Shown piece by piece: positions 10,267 to 19,052 of a stretch of 64,000 nt of DNA. The translations under genes and the position numbers were made by a program. The stretch covers positions 32,001 through 96,000 of IMG/VR virus record IMGVR_UViG_3300021426_000068. One strand, given 5' to 3'. Origin of the DNA: a virus (lineage: Duplodnaviria > Caudoviricetes). The notes under the pieces were generated by a model. The model was not told the origin of the DNA, did no database searches, and worked only from the letters and a program-made list of their open reading frames with translations. The number at the start of each line of letters is the position of its first letter. The stretch's first letter is position 1.

Positions 10267-10362
10267 CCTTTATTATTTCTTCTAATTTATATGGGTTAAT
10301 AAAATTTTCAGATTTAACCTTAATTATTTCATGTCCTCATCTTAAACACCCACACATATTAA

Positions 10363-10644
10363 CTAATTTTTATTATTAAGTTTTTTTTCAAGACGTTCTA
10401 ATTTATAATTTTTTTCTTTAACAAACTCTTCATAACCACCAAATAAGATAGACATTTGTTCTACCATAATAGACACATCAGCCAGTTCAGTTATAACATC
10501 TTTATCAGTTACTCTATTACGTTTAGATTTATGAACAGCAGCAAGTAATTCACCAATTTCTTCATCAAGCATATCTAATTGTGGTTGAATACCCCAAGTT
10601 AAAATTGCTTGTTCATATAATTTTAATTTTTTTTCTTTTTCCAT
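10363..10644 (-). CDS. MazG-like nucleotide pyrophosphohydrolase
   Basis: EEIGEL ... ELADV acidic motif, 93 aa. Confidence 0.8.
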   Translation of the reverse strand: MEKEKKLKLYEQAILTWGIQPQLDMLDEEIGELLAAVHKSKRNRVTDKDVITELADVSIMVEQMSILFGGYEEFVKEKNYKLERLEKKLNNKN

Positions 10645-10646
10645 AA

Positions 10647-11234
10647 TTATTCATTAATAACATTAATTTGACAAGATTTCATAACAGTAAGTGCTGCTTT
10701 ATGTGATTCAGGTGTTACACCTGCACAACAAGATGCATCAACAGTGATATCAGCAACAGTTGATATTGTACCCCCATAATACCTTGTTTTTAAAAGTAAT
10801 GCATTTGAAATAATACAAATGTTAGTACAATATCCTATAATTTCAATATAAAGATGAAAAATTTTTCCTCTTTCACCTGGATTGTTATTATTAATTTCTT
10901 CAATTAAATCAAATGAACCGAATGTTGGCTTTTCTATATAAGTTACTGTTATATTTCTTTCTTCAGCTGCATCAAGTGCTTGTTTTATACCATTTTCAAT
11001 ACACCATCCTGGTGTTGCCTTAATACAATGTTCTACAGGAAGTGCCAAACCTTCTTGTGTTTTAAGATAATCATGTTTATGAGTATCCATTGTTACATAA
11101 ATTTGACTTCCTTCAAAATTATTAATTTTTTCAATAATGTTTGGTACAGCATTAATTGCTTCTTCGTTACGAAGACTTCCATAAATAAAGTCATTTTGTG
11201 GGTCAATCACACATAAAATTTGATTTTTTTCCAT
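10647..11234 (-). CDS. pncA: Nicotinamidase/isochorismatase-family cysteine hydrolase
   Basis: VIDPQNDF, DTH, HC..TPGW, EKPTFGS, GYCTNIC (D-K-C triad plus metal ligands). Confidence 0.8.
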   Translation of the reverse strand: MEKNQILCVIDPQNDFIYGSLRNEEAINAVPNIIEKINNFEGSQIYVTMDTHKHDYLKTQEGLALPVEHCIKATPGWCIENGIKQALDAAEERNITVTYIEKPTFGSFDLIEEINNNNPGERGKIFHLYIEIIGYCTNICIISNALLLKTRYYGGTISTVADITVDASCCAGVTPESHKAALTVMKSCQINVINE

Positions 11235-11240
11235 AATTTT

Positions 11241-12380
11241 TTAATTTTCATAATCATTAAGAATAATAAACAAAGAAATACCTATATTACATAAGATTGT
11301 TAATATAAACAATGTTATTATTTGATTTTTTGTTAATGAAACTTTTATATATTTAAAATCTGAGAATTCTTTTCTTTTCCAATGATGTAAATTATTAATT
11401 AACCATTGAGAATATTCAGTTAAACTTAATACTTCATTATTTCTATATTTTTCCATTGTTTTAATTGCCATTTTTCTATCATCTTCCCATGAAAAAGAAT
11501 AACACCAATTAACAGTTTTATCTGGATTTAATGAAAAACAAACAATTAATTCATTTTTATTTCCACCTTGCCAATATGATTGTTGTTTATATGCTGTTTC
11601 TATAGTTTTGTTAGAATCAAAAATTAATACGAAAATTCTAAATTGTTTTTCTTTACCATAAAAACCATTTATATATTTAAGTTCATTAATATCATTGTTA
11701 TTAAACAGTATATTAGTATTATTTAATAACGGATTTTGGTCTAAACTATATATATCAGGATAATCATATAGATTAAATTCTTTTGCTTCTTTTTTAGAAA
11801 TCTCTTCAAACTTAAATATAGAATTTGAAGCCTTTATTTTATTTTCATAACCATGTGGTTCTGTTATTGTATATATTGTTTCTTTTTGATTATCCCAAAA
11901 ATAGTCTTGTGCATCACCATCTATTCTATAATAATTACGATGCATATCAACAAACACCATTTTTGATTTAAACCTATTTTTAATCAAATTAAAGGTGTTT
12001 TCATTTAAAGAATGTTCATAACTACTTATATTACTTACATATGTCCAAAATTCTGCATGATATTGACGATATGAACAATCATATTCTTCTTCTTTATAAA
12101 TTGTATTTCCTTCATTATCAGTACCAACCGCAACCTTTCTGGTACATCTTCTTTCTATCCATTCGTCCCATTCATCATAATGTCTAATTTTTGTGACATA
12201 ACCACCTAAATATTCAGTATCTTCTGTTTTTGATATAATCATTATTTCTTTTACTATTAAAGTAAAAAGAATTGAAGGTATAATTAATATTATATATTCC
12301 CACCATACAATATTCTTCTTAAAAAACATAAGAAGAAATATAGAAATTATGAATGGGAGAAAATATAAAATTGTTTCCAT
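11241..12380 (-). CDS. Membrane protein with large soluble domain
   Basis: Two N-terminal and one C-terminal hydrophobic helices; WQGGNKNE motif. Confidence 0.65.
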   Translation of the reverse strand: METILYFLPFIISIFLLMFFKKNIVWWEYIILIIPSILFTLIVKEIMIISKTEDTEYLGGYVTKIRHYDEWDEWIERRCTRKVAVGTDNEGNTIYKEEEYDCSYRQYHAEFWTYVSNISSYEHSLNENTFNLIKNRFKSKMVFVDMHRNYYRIDGDAQDYFWDNQKETIYTITEPHGYENKIKASNSIFKFEEISKKEAKEFNLYDYPDIYSLDQNPLLNNTNILFNNNDINELKYINGFYGKEKQFRIFVLIFDSNKTIETAYKQQSYWQGGNKNELIVCFSLNPDKTVNWCYSFSWEDDRKMAIKTMEKYRNNEVLSLTEYSQWLINNLHHWKRKEFSDFKYIKVSLTKNQIITLFILTILCNIGISLFIILNDYEN

Positions 12381-12383
12381 TAA

Positions 12384-12929
12384 TTATTTTTTAAATAAGT
12401 CAACATCATCATCAATACCTGTTTCTATTGTACTTTTTGTTCTTGTAGAAGATATTACTGTATATTCAATTGGTATTTTATTATGAATAAACCATCTTGA
12501 AGGATATGTTTCACACAAAGTACTATGTTCTCTAATTATATCAAGCATAAGTTCCTGTGAATGCTGAAATTCAGTTCTATAAATTTCAATTGAAGCCATT
12601 AAATCTTTATAGAGAGAAGTATCAAAGTTTGGATTGCTTTCCTGTATCCATTTCATAAGACTACCATCACCATTTGAATATCTACCACCAATAATTTCTG
12701 GATATATTTCTTTAAAAGCATCTTTGTATTCATTGGAAACTTGTGCTTTTTGTTGAATAATTTTCCACATTTTATCGTAAACACCTTCTACTTTTCCATA
12801 TTGTGCTTCTGCTCTTTTTCTTAATTCAATCTCTCTATTATTGTAACTAAAACTCATTATTACTGTTACAATAGCCCCAAGGCCAATAATTAGTACTAAA
12901 ATTAATGTTAAAAGTTTATTACTGTTCAT
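12384..12929 (-). CDS. LemA-like membrane-anchored protein
   Basis: Single N-terminal TM helix, SYNN, helical bundle ending TYPSRWF. Confidence 0.55.
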   Translation of the reverse strand: MNSNKLLTLILVLIIGLGAIVTVIMSFSYNNREIELRKRAEAQYGKVEGVYDKMWKIIQQKAQVSNEYKDAFKEIYPEIIGGRYSNGDGSLMKWIQESNPNFDTSLYKDLMASIEIYRTEFQHSQELMLDIIREHSTLCETYPSRWFIHNKIPIEYTVISSTRTKSTIETGIDDDVDLFKK

Positions 12930-13197
12930 TTTCGTTTATTTTTTTAAGTTTAAATATAATTCCTTTATCAATGTTTTTAATTTCAGTTACCATATATCCG
13001 TCATCTGTTTTATAACCTCTTGCAATATATGGTCCACCTGGTGGGTCAATTGCTATTATGTCATCTAATGTTCCTGTTATCCCATATGGATAATCATATT
13101 CTTGAAGTAAAGAATATTCATCATCATTTATTTTTATAAACTGCGTTACAATATAATCTCTATTTGCTAAATTGATTATGTTCTTCATGTCATTCAT
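12919..13197 (-). CDS. Hypothetical protein
   Basis: IDPPGGPYI motif; ATG 13197 follows promoter at 13213-13244. Confidence 0.6.
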   Translation of the reverse strand: MNDMKNIINLANRDYIVTQFIKINDDEYSLLQEYDYPYGITGTLDDIIAIDPPGGPYIARGYKTDDGYMVTEIKNIDKGIIFKLKKINENEQ

Positions 13198-13212
13198 ATT
13201 TTTCCTTTTTGA

Positions 13213-13244
13213 CAAAACTATATTTTTTATTTTTTAAAAACAAA
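13213..13244 (-). promoter_or_regulatory. Bacteroidota-type housekeeping promoter (-33/-7)
   Basis: Minus strand TTTG-N20-TAGTTTTG. Confidence 0.65.
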
Positions 13245-13303
13245 CTTTTTGAAAATTATTTGTTTTTTGTAATGCTTTCTGTTAATTAATAGAACTGTAT
13301 GAA

Positions 13304-13368
13304 TATTTAGCTTAACATATTTAGCTTAAAATAATTTATTTAGCTTATAATAAAATAATTAAGCTAAA
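13304..13368. repeat. Three direct TATTTAGCTTA repeats plus one inverted partial copy
   Basis: Copies at 13304, 13318, 13337; inverted TAAGCTAAA at 13360-13368. Confidence 0.8.
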
Positions 13369-13444
13369 CATGATATCGTTAATTATAAGTTATAGGTTTC
13401 TTGAAAATTTTTTCTTTTATGTTGAGTTTCTAAAAATTTAAATG

Positions 13445-13452
13445 TATATTTG
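13445..13452 (+). promoter_or_regulatory. Bacteroidota -7 box TATATTTG
   Basis: TAnnTTTG about 25 nt upstream of ATG 13477. Confidence 0.6.
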
Positions 13453-13476
13453 TAAAAAACATAAAGATTGTAAATT

Positions 13477-14040
13477 ATGAGTTTTAAAGTTTATAATGGA
13501 GTAAAGTTCAAAACTAACAGTTTATATGAACTTAAAGAACAATTACTAAGTATAAAAAAAGAATGTATTAAGATTGCTAATGATGCTATTAATACTACTG
13601 ATATTTATAACTTAACTCTTATGAATAAAATAGAAATATCAGAAGAAAACATAGTTAATATTTGGAAAGCAGTATCAGAAGAAATAAGAACATGTAGTCC
13701 ATTTGCACCTTTATTTAATTTTAGTATTGTTATATACCCTTACGAAGATGGAACATTATATGGTGTTATCTTTGCTGATGGCTTAAAAGAATTCCGTAAT
13801 TTAATAGATAAATATTGTGAAGATTTTTACTATTGGGATAATGTAGATATGCCATCAAATGTTTCTGAAAAAGAATGGAAACATAGAATGCACGTTTGGA
13901 ATAATATTTTTAGTAATTCTGCACGTTATAGTGATGCTGGTTTTTCTTATGAAATAGTAAGTTATCGTGATTTATCTTTACGAAGAATTAAAGAAGTTTT
14001 GACTGAATATCTAGAAAAAAATAATAAAAAAGATGAGTGA
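13477..14040 (+). CDS. Hypothetical protein
   Basis: Intact ORF; MSFKVYNG, DFYYWDNVD. Confidence 0.65.
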   Translation: MSFKVYNGVKFKTNSLYELKEQLLSIKKECIKIANDAINTTDIYNLTLMNKIEISEENIVNIWKAVSEEIRTCSPFAPLFNFSIVIYPYEDGTLYGVIFADGLKEFRNLIDKYCEDFYYWDNVDMPSNVSEKEWKHRMHVWNNIFSNSARYSDAGFSYEIVSYRDLSLRRIKEVLTEYLEKNNKKDE

Positions 14041-14761
14041 AAATTTAGATAAAATATTAAAAGATTCAAGGAAACGTTGGAAAATAAACAAAATAAAACT
14101 TTTCTTTACTTGCCCATATAGAATATGTAAATCAACAATATTATGTTTACGTTTTCCATTTCTTTATCCAAGAAATAGATTGACAGATAAACATTATAAC
14201 AACTGGAAAATAAATAATTTTCATCAAAAAAATTGGACAAAAGCTTACAAATATGAAAAAAACGAATCCTCTCCTGATTCTATAGGTACATGGAAAGTTA
14301 TTGATAAAAAACTTGCTTTTAAAATAAAATTTTTGGACAATATAGAACGTTTTCTATCAATTTTTCATTGTATTCCAAGTTATACTGAACTTGATGCTAT
14401 GCCAAAAGGATGGAGAAAATGTTTTGGTATACAAATGTGTAAAGAAATTAAAAAAGCACTATTGGAAGATGGTGGTAGAAAAAAACTTTACAACTATCGT
14501 ATAAGCCAAATTAAAGAAAAATTTGGATGTTTAAGATGGTATGATGAAAGAGGTTGTGAAGAAGTGGATAAAATAATTAATAAATATGAATATATTTCAT
14601 ATAGAACATGTATTAAATGTGGAAGAACTGCTGAATATATAACTAAAGGATGGATAACACCTTATTGTGAAAAATGTATTCCTGAAGAACAAAAAGAAAA
14701 ATCTGATAAATATTTTTATGATATTGATTTTTATGGTTGGACTAGAAGTAAATTAAAATAA
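14033..14761 (+). CDS. Phage protein with C-terminal Zn ribbon
   Basis: QIKEKFGCLRWY, CIKC..CEKC. Confidence 0.65.
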   Translation: MSENLDKILKDSRKRWKINKIKLFFTCPYRICKSTILCLRFPFLYPRNRLTDKHYNNWKINNFHQKNWTKAYKYEKNESSPDSIGTWKVIDKKLAFKIKFLDNIERFLSIFHCIPSYTELDAMPKGWRKCFGIQMCKEIKKALLEDGGRKKLYNYRISQIKEKFGCLRWYDERGCEEVDKIINKYEYISYRTCIKCGRTAEYITKGWITPYCEKCIPEEQKEKSDKYFYDIDFYGWTRSKLK

Positions 14762-14783
14762 TTTGGTATAAATTTGTGTAGTT

Positions 14784-15608
14784 ATGAAATTTAAAAATCT
14801 TGAAGATAAATGTCAGTATTATAGAAGTCTTACTGATTATAGAATTCTTCCTAATAGTAATATTCTTGTAATGCTTGATGGAAAAAAATTCAGTACTTTA
14901 ATTAAGAATAATTTTAAGAAACCGTTTGATGATACATTCATTGATATGATGAATCGTACTGCACAGTTTCTTTGTAATAATGTGCAGGGTGTAAAATTTG
15001 CATATACCCAAAGTGATGAAATTAGTCTTCTTATAACTGATTATGATACACCTAACACTGACACACCATTTGGAGGAAGAATCTGTAAGTTACAGTCTCT
15101 TCTTGCTTCACTTGCTACAAGTGAATTTAATAGATGGTTTACTATATGGAATCTTAATAAGTGTAAAGACAACGTTGATGTTGGTAAGTTTATTTCTAAG
15201 ATGAAAATGGCTCAATTTGATTGTAAGGTATGGACAGTACCTAGTTTGAACGATGCTTATGCATGGTTTCTTTATCGTCAGATTGACTGTGTTAGAAACT
15301 CAAAACAACAAACAGCACAAACTTATCTTCCTAATACACAACTTCTTAACCTTGATACTGATAAACAGATTGAAATGTGTAAAAATGAAAGTGGTATTGA
15401 TTGGAATAGTTTTGAAGATATATATAAATATGGGAGATTTGTATATAAATTTCCTGAACATTTTTCAAAAACGCTTTCTGATGAAACAAATGTAGAATTT
15501 GAAAGAAATAAATTTAAAGTGGTTCCAGCATTTTTACTTAACGAAAATAAAGAACAATTTTTTGAAATAATAAAAAATAGTATAAAAAAGACCGATTATG
15601 AAGATTAA
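14784..15608 (+). CDS. tRNA(His) guanylyltransferase Thg1-like 3'-5' polymerase
   Basis: LDGKKFS, YTQSDEIS, FDCKV, RQIDCVRNS. Confidence 0.9.
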   Translation: MKFKNLEDKCQYYRSLTDYRILPNSNILVMLDGKKFSTLIKNNFKKPFDDTFIDMMNRTAQFLCNNVQGVKFAYTQSDEISLLITDYDTPNTDTPFGGRICKLQSLLASLATSEFNRWFTIWNLNKCKDNVDVGKFISKMKMAQFDCKVWTVPSLNDAYAWFLYRQIDCVRNSKQQTAQTYLPNTQLLNLDTDKQIEMCKNESGIDWNSFEDIYKYGRFVYKFPEHFSKTLSDETNVEFERNKFKVVPAFLLNENKEQFFEIIKNSIKKTDYED

Positions 15609-16065
15609 AATTTTAACAGAAAAGGAAATAGAAGTTAAATTCATGAAATGCGAAATTGAAGTTTTTCCTGAAGATGCTATTGTTAACGGTGAATGTGATG
15701 ACGAAGATAAATGTTTAATGCCTTTTTTGGAAAAATGTGGAACAGATAGTTTCTTATGGAAACCAGTTATAGATATTGACGAAGGAAAAATAGTAAATTG
15801 GCCAAATGGTACTACGGCTAAAACAAACTATAAATCAGTTGATTATAATAAAATTTATTTTTATAATGAAAAAGAAAAACTTATATCTTGGTTTAGTAAA
15901 GAGGAACAAGAAGAAGTAAATGTATATGAAGGATATGTACCTGAAATTCTTGATTGTGTTGGAGATGGTTATGGTGATTATGTACAAATGAAAATAGATG
16001 AAAACGGATATATTAATAACTTTGATAAAGAGGATATATATCAAATTTTTAATGAAGAAGAATAA
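15598..16065 (+). CDS. Hypothetical protein
   Basis: Intact acidic ORF; GYGDY.QMKIDENG. Confidence 0.65.
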   Translation: MKIKILTEKEIEVKFMKCEIEVFPEDAIVNGECDDEDKCLMPFLEKCGTDSFLWKPVIDIDEGKIVNWPNGTTAKTNYKSVDYNKIYFYNEKEKLISWFSKEEQEEVNVYEGYVPEILDCVGDGYGDYVQMKIDENGYINNFDKEDIYQIFNEEE

Positions 16066-16089
16066 ACAAAAATAAAAAGAATAAAAGTT

Positions 16090-16380
16090 ATGGCTGAAGA
16101 AAGGTTTGCAACAAAAGATGAAATTTTAAAAGCAATTAAAGAATCTTATAAAAAGAAAAAAATCTCTTACAAAGAATATATGGTTCAAATCAATAAAGTT
16201 GAAAAACATTATGATGAATGGAAGAAAGGATATGAAGCAGAAAGAGGTATTAATAATGAAATTGATATGACTAATGAAGAACTTGCTATTGGAAAAAGAT
16301 TAACAGAACTTCAGGTTAAAAAAGATAATATATTAGATAAAGAAAAAGATTTAATAGATGAAGAAAAAGCAGATGATTAA
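16090..16380 (+). CDS. Hypothetical protein
   Basis: Intact ORF. Confidence 0.55.
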   Translation: MAEERFATKDEILKAIKESYKKKKISYKEYMVQINKVEKHYDEWKKGYEAERGINNEIDMTNEELAIGKRLTELQVKKDNILDKEKDLIDEEKADD

Positions 16381-16391
16381 TCATCTGCTTT
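16366..16391. terminator. Palindromic terminator overlapping both convergent stop codons
   Basis: AAAGCAGATGATTAATCATCTGCTTT. Confidence 0.65.
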
Positions 16392-16814
16392 ATTAAGAAA
16401 GTATAAATTACAATTTTCATCAACACCAAGATGTGCAAAATAGTTAGCATTTTTTTCAGTGTAAAAATTATAATAACATTGTTTTTTATAACTATATGAA
16501 CTAGCCCATATAACACTAGGGATACCTATTATAAGAAGATATAATGGTCCAAGTATTTTACTTTGAACTGTATGTCCATCAACTTCATGTGAAATACCAG
16601 TTTCGTTCATGCGTTTAGAAACATATGCAAATGGTCCCAATGAAATACCACCTAACATATTTTCACATTTAAAACCAAAGTTAAAATGTCTATCAGCAAC
16701 AAGTTCACGTTTTCCTAAAAACGGTAACATTGCAATTGCAACAATAAACTGAGGTAATTGCCAAATGCATAGGAGAATAAATATCATCCACCAAATAATA
16801 GATTTATTTTTCAT
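16377..16814 (-). CDS. Membrane protein, zincin-like (HE..GH)
   Basis: GGISLG, HEVDGHTVQS, LGPLYLLIIGIPS, FYTE; hydrophobic helices. Confidence 0.6.
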   Translation of the reverse strand: MKNKSIIWWMIFILLCIWQLPQFIVAIAMLPFLGKRELVADRHFNFGFKCENMLGGISLGPFAYVSKRMNETGISHEVDGHTVQSKILGPLYLLIIGIPSVIWASSYSYKKQCYYNFYTEKNANYFAHLGVDENCNLYFLNKADD

Positions 16815-16914
16815 AGTATTTTTTTAATAAATAGTTGTTTTTAAAATAAAAACTTTGTATTTTTGTAAAAAGAAAATTTAGTTTGAAATAAGTTAATAAT
16901 AAAAAATTTAGAAT

Positions 16915-17427
16915 ATGTTAGTATTTATTGCTGGTCGTCTTGGTAAAGACGCTTCTATTGAGACAACATCTAGCGGAACTAAAATGGTTAAGTTCAGTGT
17001 TGTAGAAAATGAATATAAAAATGGTGAAGAAACATCTGTTTGGTATGATGTAACTTCTTTTTCTCCATTTATTATGGAAAAGCAAATTAATGCTTTAAAG
17101 AAAGGTAGTTTTATTGTAGCACCTGCTGATTTGAATGTTAGACCTTCTTTTAGTAAGAATGGGCAACTTTATTTGAACTATGATGCTATTGTTAATAGTG
17201 TGAAAATTATTAACATTAATAGTAAAAGAAATAATACTGAAGGTTCAGATTCAACAGAAGAAAATAGTGAAGTATCTGTAACAGGAATTCCAAGGGGAGA
17301 AAAGGAAGAAGTTAAAGAAAAGCCTAAAGTAAAAGAAACTCCAAAGGTAGAAAAATCTGAAGTGACTGAACCAAAGCCTTATGTTGATGACGAAGATGAT
17401 GGTGATGGTGAAGAACTTCCATTCTAA
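16915..17427 (+). CDS. ssb: Single-stranded DNA-binding protein
   Basis: GRLGKD OB-fold start, WYDVT, acidic tail ending EELPF. Confidence 0.88.
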   Translation: MLVFIAGRLGKDASIETTSSGTKMVKFSVVENEYKNGEETSVWYDVTSFSPFIMEKQINALKKGSFIVAPADLNVRPSFSKNGQLYLNYDAIVNSVKIININSKRNNTEGSDSTEENSEVSVTGIPRGEKEEVKEKPKVKETPKVEKSEVTEPKPYVDDEDDGDGEELPF

Positions 17428-17494
17428 TAATAATAGTTCAATCAAGTTTTTCGAAAAATTAATTTGATTGAACTTTTTTATAAAACAAAAAAAT

Positions 17495-17818
17495 ATGATA
17501 AACATTAGACAAATTGAAAACATAGAGTCATATAACTCTTTTAAAGAAAATGAAAAAGTTGTTTTAATTTTTCATGCTGATTGGTGTGGTCCATGTAGAG
17601 TTTTAGACGGAATAGTTTCAAAACTTGACATAACCAAAGTAAATGATTTTATATTTGGTGAAATAAATGTTGATGATGATTTTGCTGAAGAAATAACTAA
17701 AACATATTCTATTAGAAATATTCCAGTAACTGTTATTTTAAAAAATGGTAAAGAAATTGAAAGAATAGTTGGTATTTTTAAATCTGAAGATATTTATAAA
17801 AAACTTAACAAAATATGA
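17495..17818 (+). CDS. Thioredoxin
   Basis: FHADWCGPC, IRNIP. Confidence 0.9.
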   Translation: MINIRQIENIESYNSFKENEKVVLIFHADWCGPCRVLDGIVSKLDITKVNDFIFGEINVDDDFAEEITKTYSIRNIPVTVILKNGKEIERIVGIFKSEDIYKKLNKI

Positions 17819-18027
17819 TAATTTTTAAATATATAGTTGCAATAATAGCATTATTTTCTACTTTACTTTATATTACAAATATAATTAGTGATATTATTAT
17901 ACCACATTCTATAAAGGCTATTAATTTAAATATGAGTGAAGATGATTTAACAAAAAAATCTTCATTTTTAAAATTTATTTTAATGATTATTATTTCAATA
18001 ACCTGGCCAATTTTATTTATTTTTTAA
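17815..18027 (+). CDS. Small two-TM membrane protein
   Basis: Two hydrophobic segments. Confidence 0.55.
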   Translation: MIIFKYIVAIIALFSTLLYITNIISDIIIPHSIKAINLNMSEDDLTKKSSFLKFILMIIISITWPILFIF

Positions 18028-18028
18028 T

Positions 18029-18253
18029 ATGGAAAAAATTAAATGGTTTGATGAATATATAAAGGATGTACCAAATAATAAAAAATTATATAAATTTATG
18101 TGTTTTTTTCTTTTTAGGAAAAAAGGTTTAACATACAAAGAAATGTATCTTATTCTTGAATTCTTAAAAAGAAAAAAATTAGGAGAAAAAAGTAAAGAAT
18201 ATGCAATGTTAGAAATTGTTGGAATTTATAAATATAATCAAAATAAACAGTAA
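18029..18253 (+). CDS. Hypothetical protein
   Basis: Intact ORF in operon. Confidence 0.5.
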   Translation: MEKIKWFDEYIKDVPNNKKLYKFMCFFLFRKKGLTYKEMYLILEFLKRKKLGEKSKEYAMLEIVGIYKYNQNKQ

Positions 18254-18258
18254 TTTTC

Positions 18259-19014
18259 ATGGAAGGATATAAAATTCAATATAATTTTTTTGAAACAATT
18301 GTTGCTGGTGATAACCCTAAAGAACTAATGAAACGGTATGATAACACTGTTAAGGTTGAAGATTATATTGTTTGTAAATTTAATGATGCAAAAAAATTAA
18401 AAGAAAAAACAATTATAGCATATAAAGAAATTGTTAACAATAACAACATACCAACAGTAACAAAAGAATATTATCAAGAAGAATTAGAAGAAATAGAAAA
18501 TATGTCTGATGAAGATGCTTTTTTCTATTTAACATATGACTGTGATTATGATGAAGATAATAATGCAATATCAAATAAAAATCCTAAAGGAAAATATTCT
18601 TTTTTTCAACCAGGAAAATTGTTTTCTGTTCCTTTTATAACAAAAGACGGAAATGAAGTGTTTCAAGCACATAAAGGTGAAATTGATTGGGAAAAGATGC
18701 ATTTGCATGGTACTGAAATATATGACATAGCATGGGAAATGGTTGTTAATAAAAGAAAACCAAGAACTGAATATGAAAAACAAATATATGAAAATATGAA
18801 AGAAAGAACCGCTTACTTTAGAAGTTTTGGAAATAAAGAAAATTATGTTATTCATAGTACAGCATTTTGGGCATATGCATTTGTTGATAAAAACAATTGG
18901 TATGAGTTAGAAGATAATATGAATCAATTTATATGGGTTTCTGAATTCTATGATAGGTTTATTAAACCATTAAAAGATGAAACACTTTTAACAATATATG
19001 AATGTAAAAAATAA
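18259..19014 (+). CDS. Hypothetical phage protein
   Basis: Intact 251-aa ORF. Confidence 0.65.
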   Translation: MEGYKIQYNFFETIVAGDNPKELMKRYDNTVKVEDYIVCKFNDAKKLKEKTIIAYKEIVNNNNIPTVTKEYYQEELEEIENMSDEDAFFYLTYDCDYDEDNNAISNKNPKGKYSFFQPGKLFSVPFITKDGNEVFQAHKGEIDWEKMHLHGTEIYDIAWEMVVNKRKPRTEYEKQIYENMKERTAYFRSFGNKENYVIHSTAFWAYAFVDKNNWYELEDNMNQFIWVSEFYDRFIKPLKDETLLTIYECKK

Positions 19015-19042
19015 AAAGGAAGTCTTTAAAGACTTCCTTTTT
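19013..19042. terminator. Bidirectional intrinsic terminator
   Basis: AAAAAGGAAGTC-TTTAAA-GACTTCCTTTTT. Confidence 0.85.
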
Positions 19043-19052
19043 ATTAATTAAA

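Noticed and set aside
13304-13368. Mini-CRISPR array
   Set aside because: 11-bp repeats with 3-8 nt gaps are far too short
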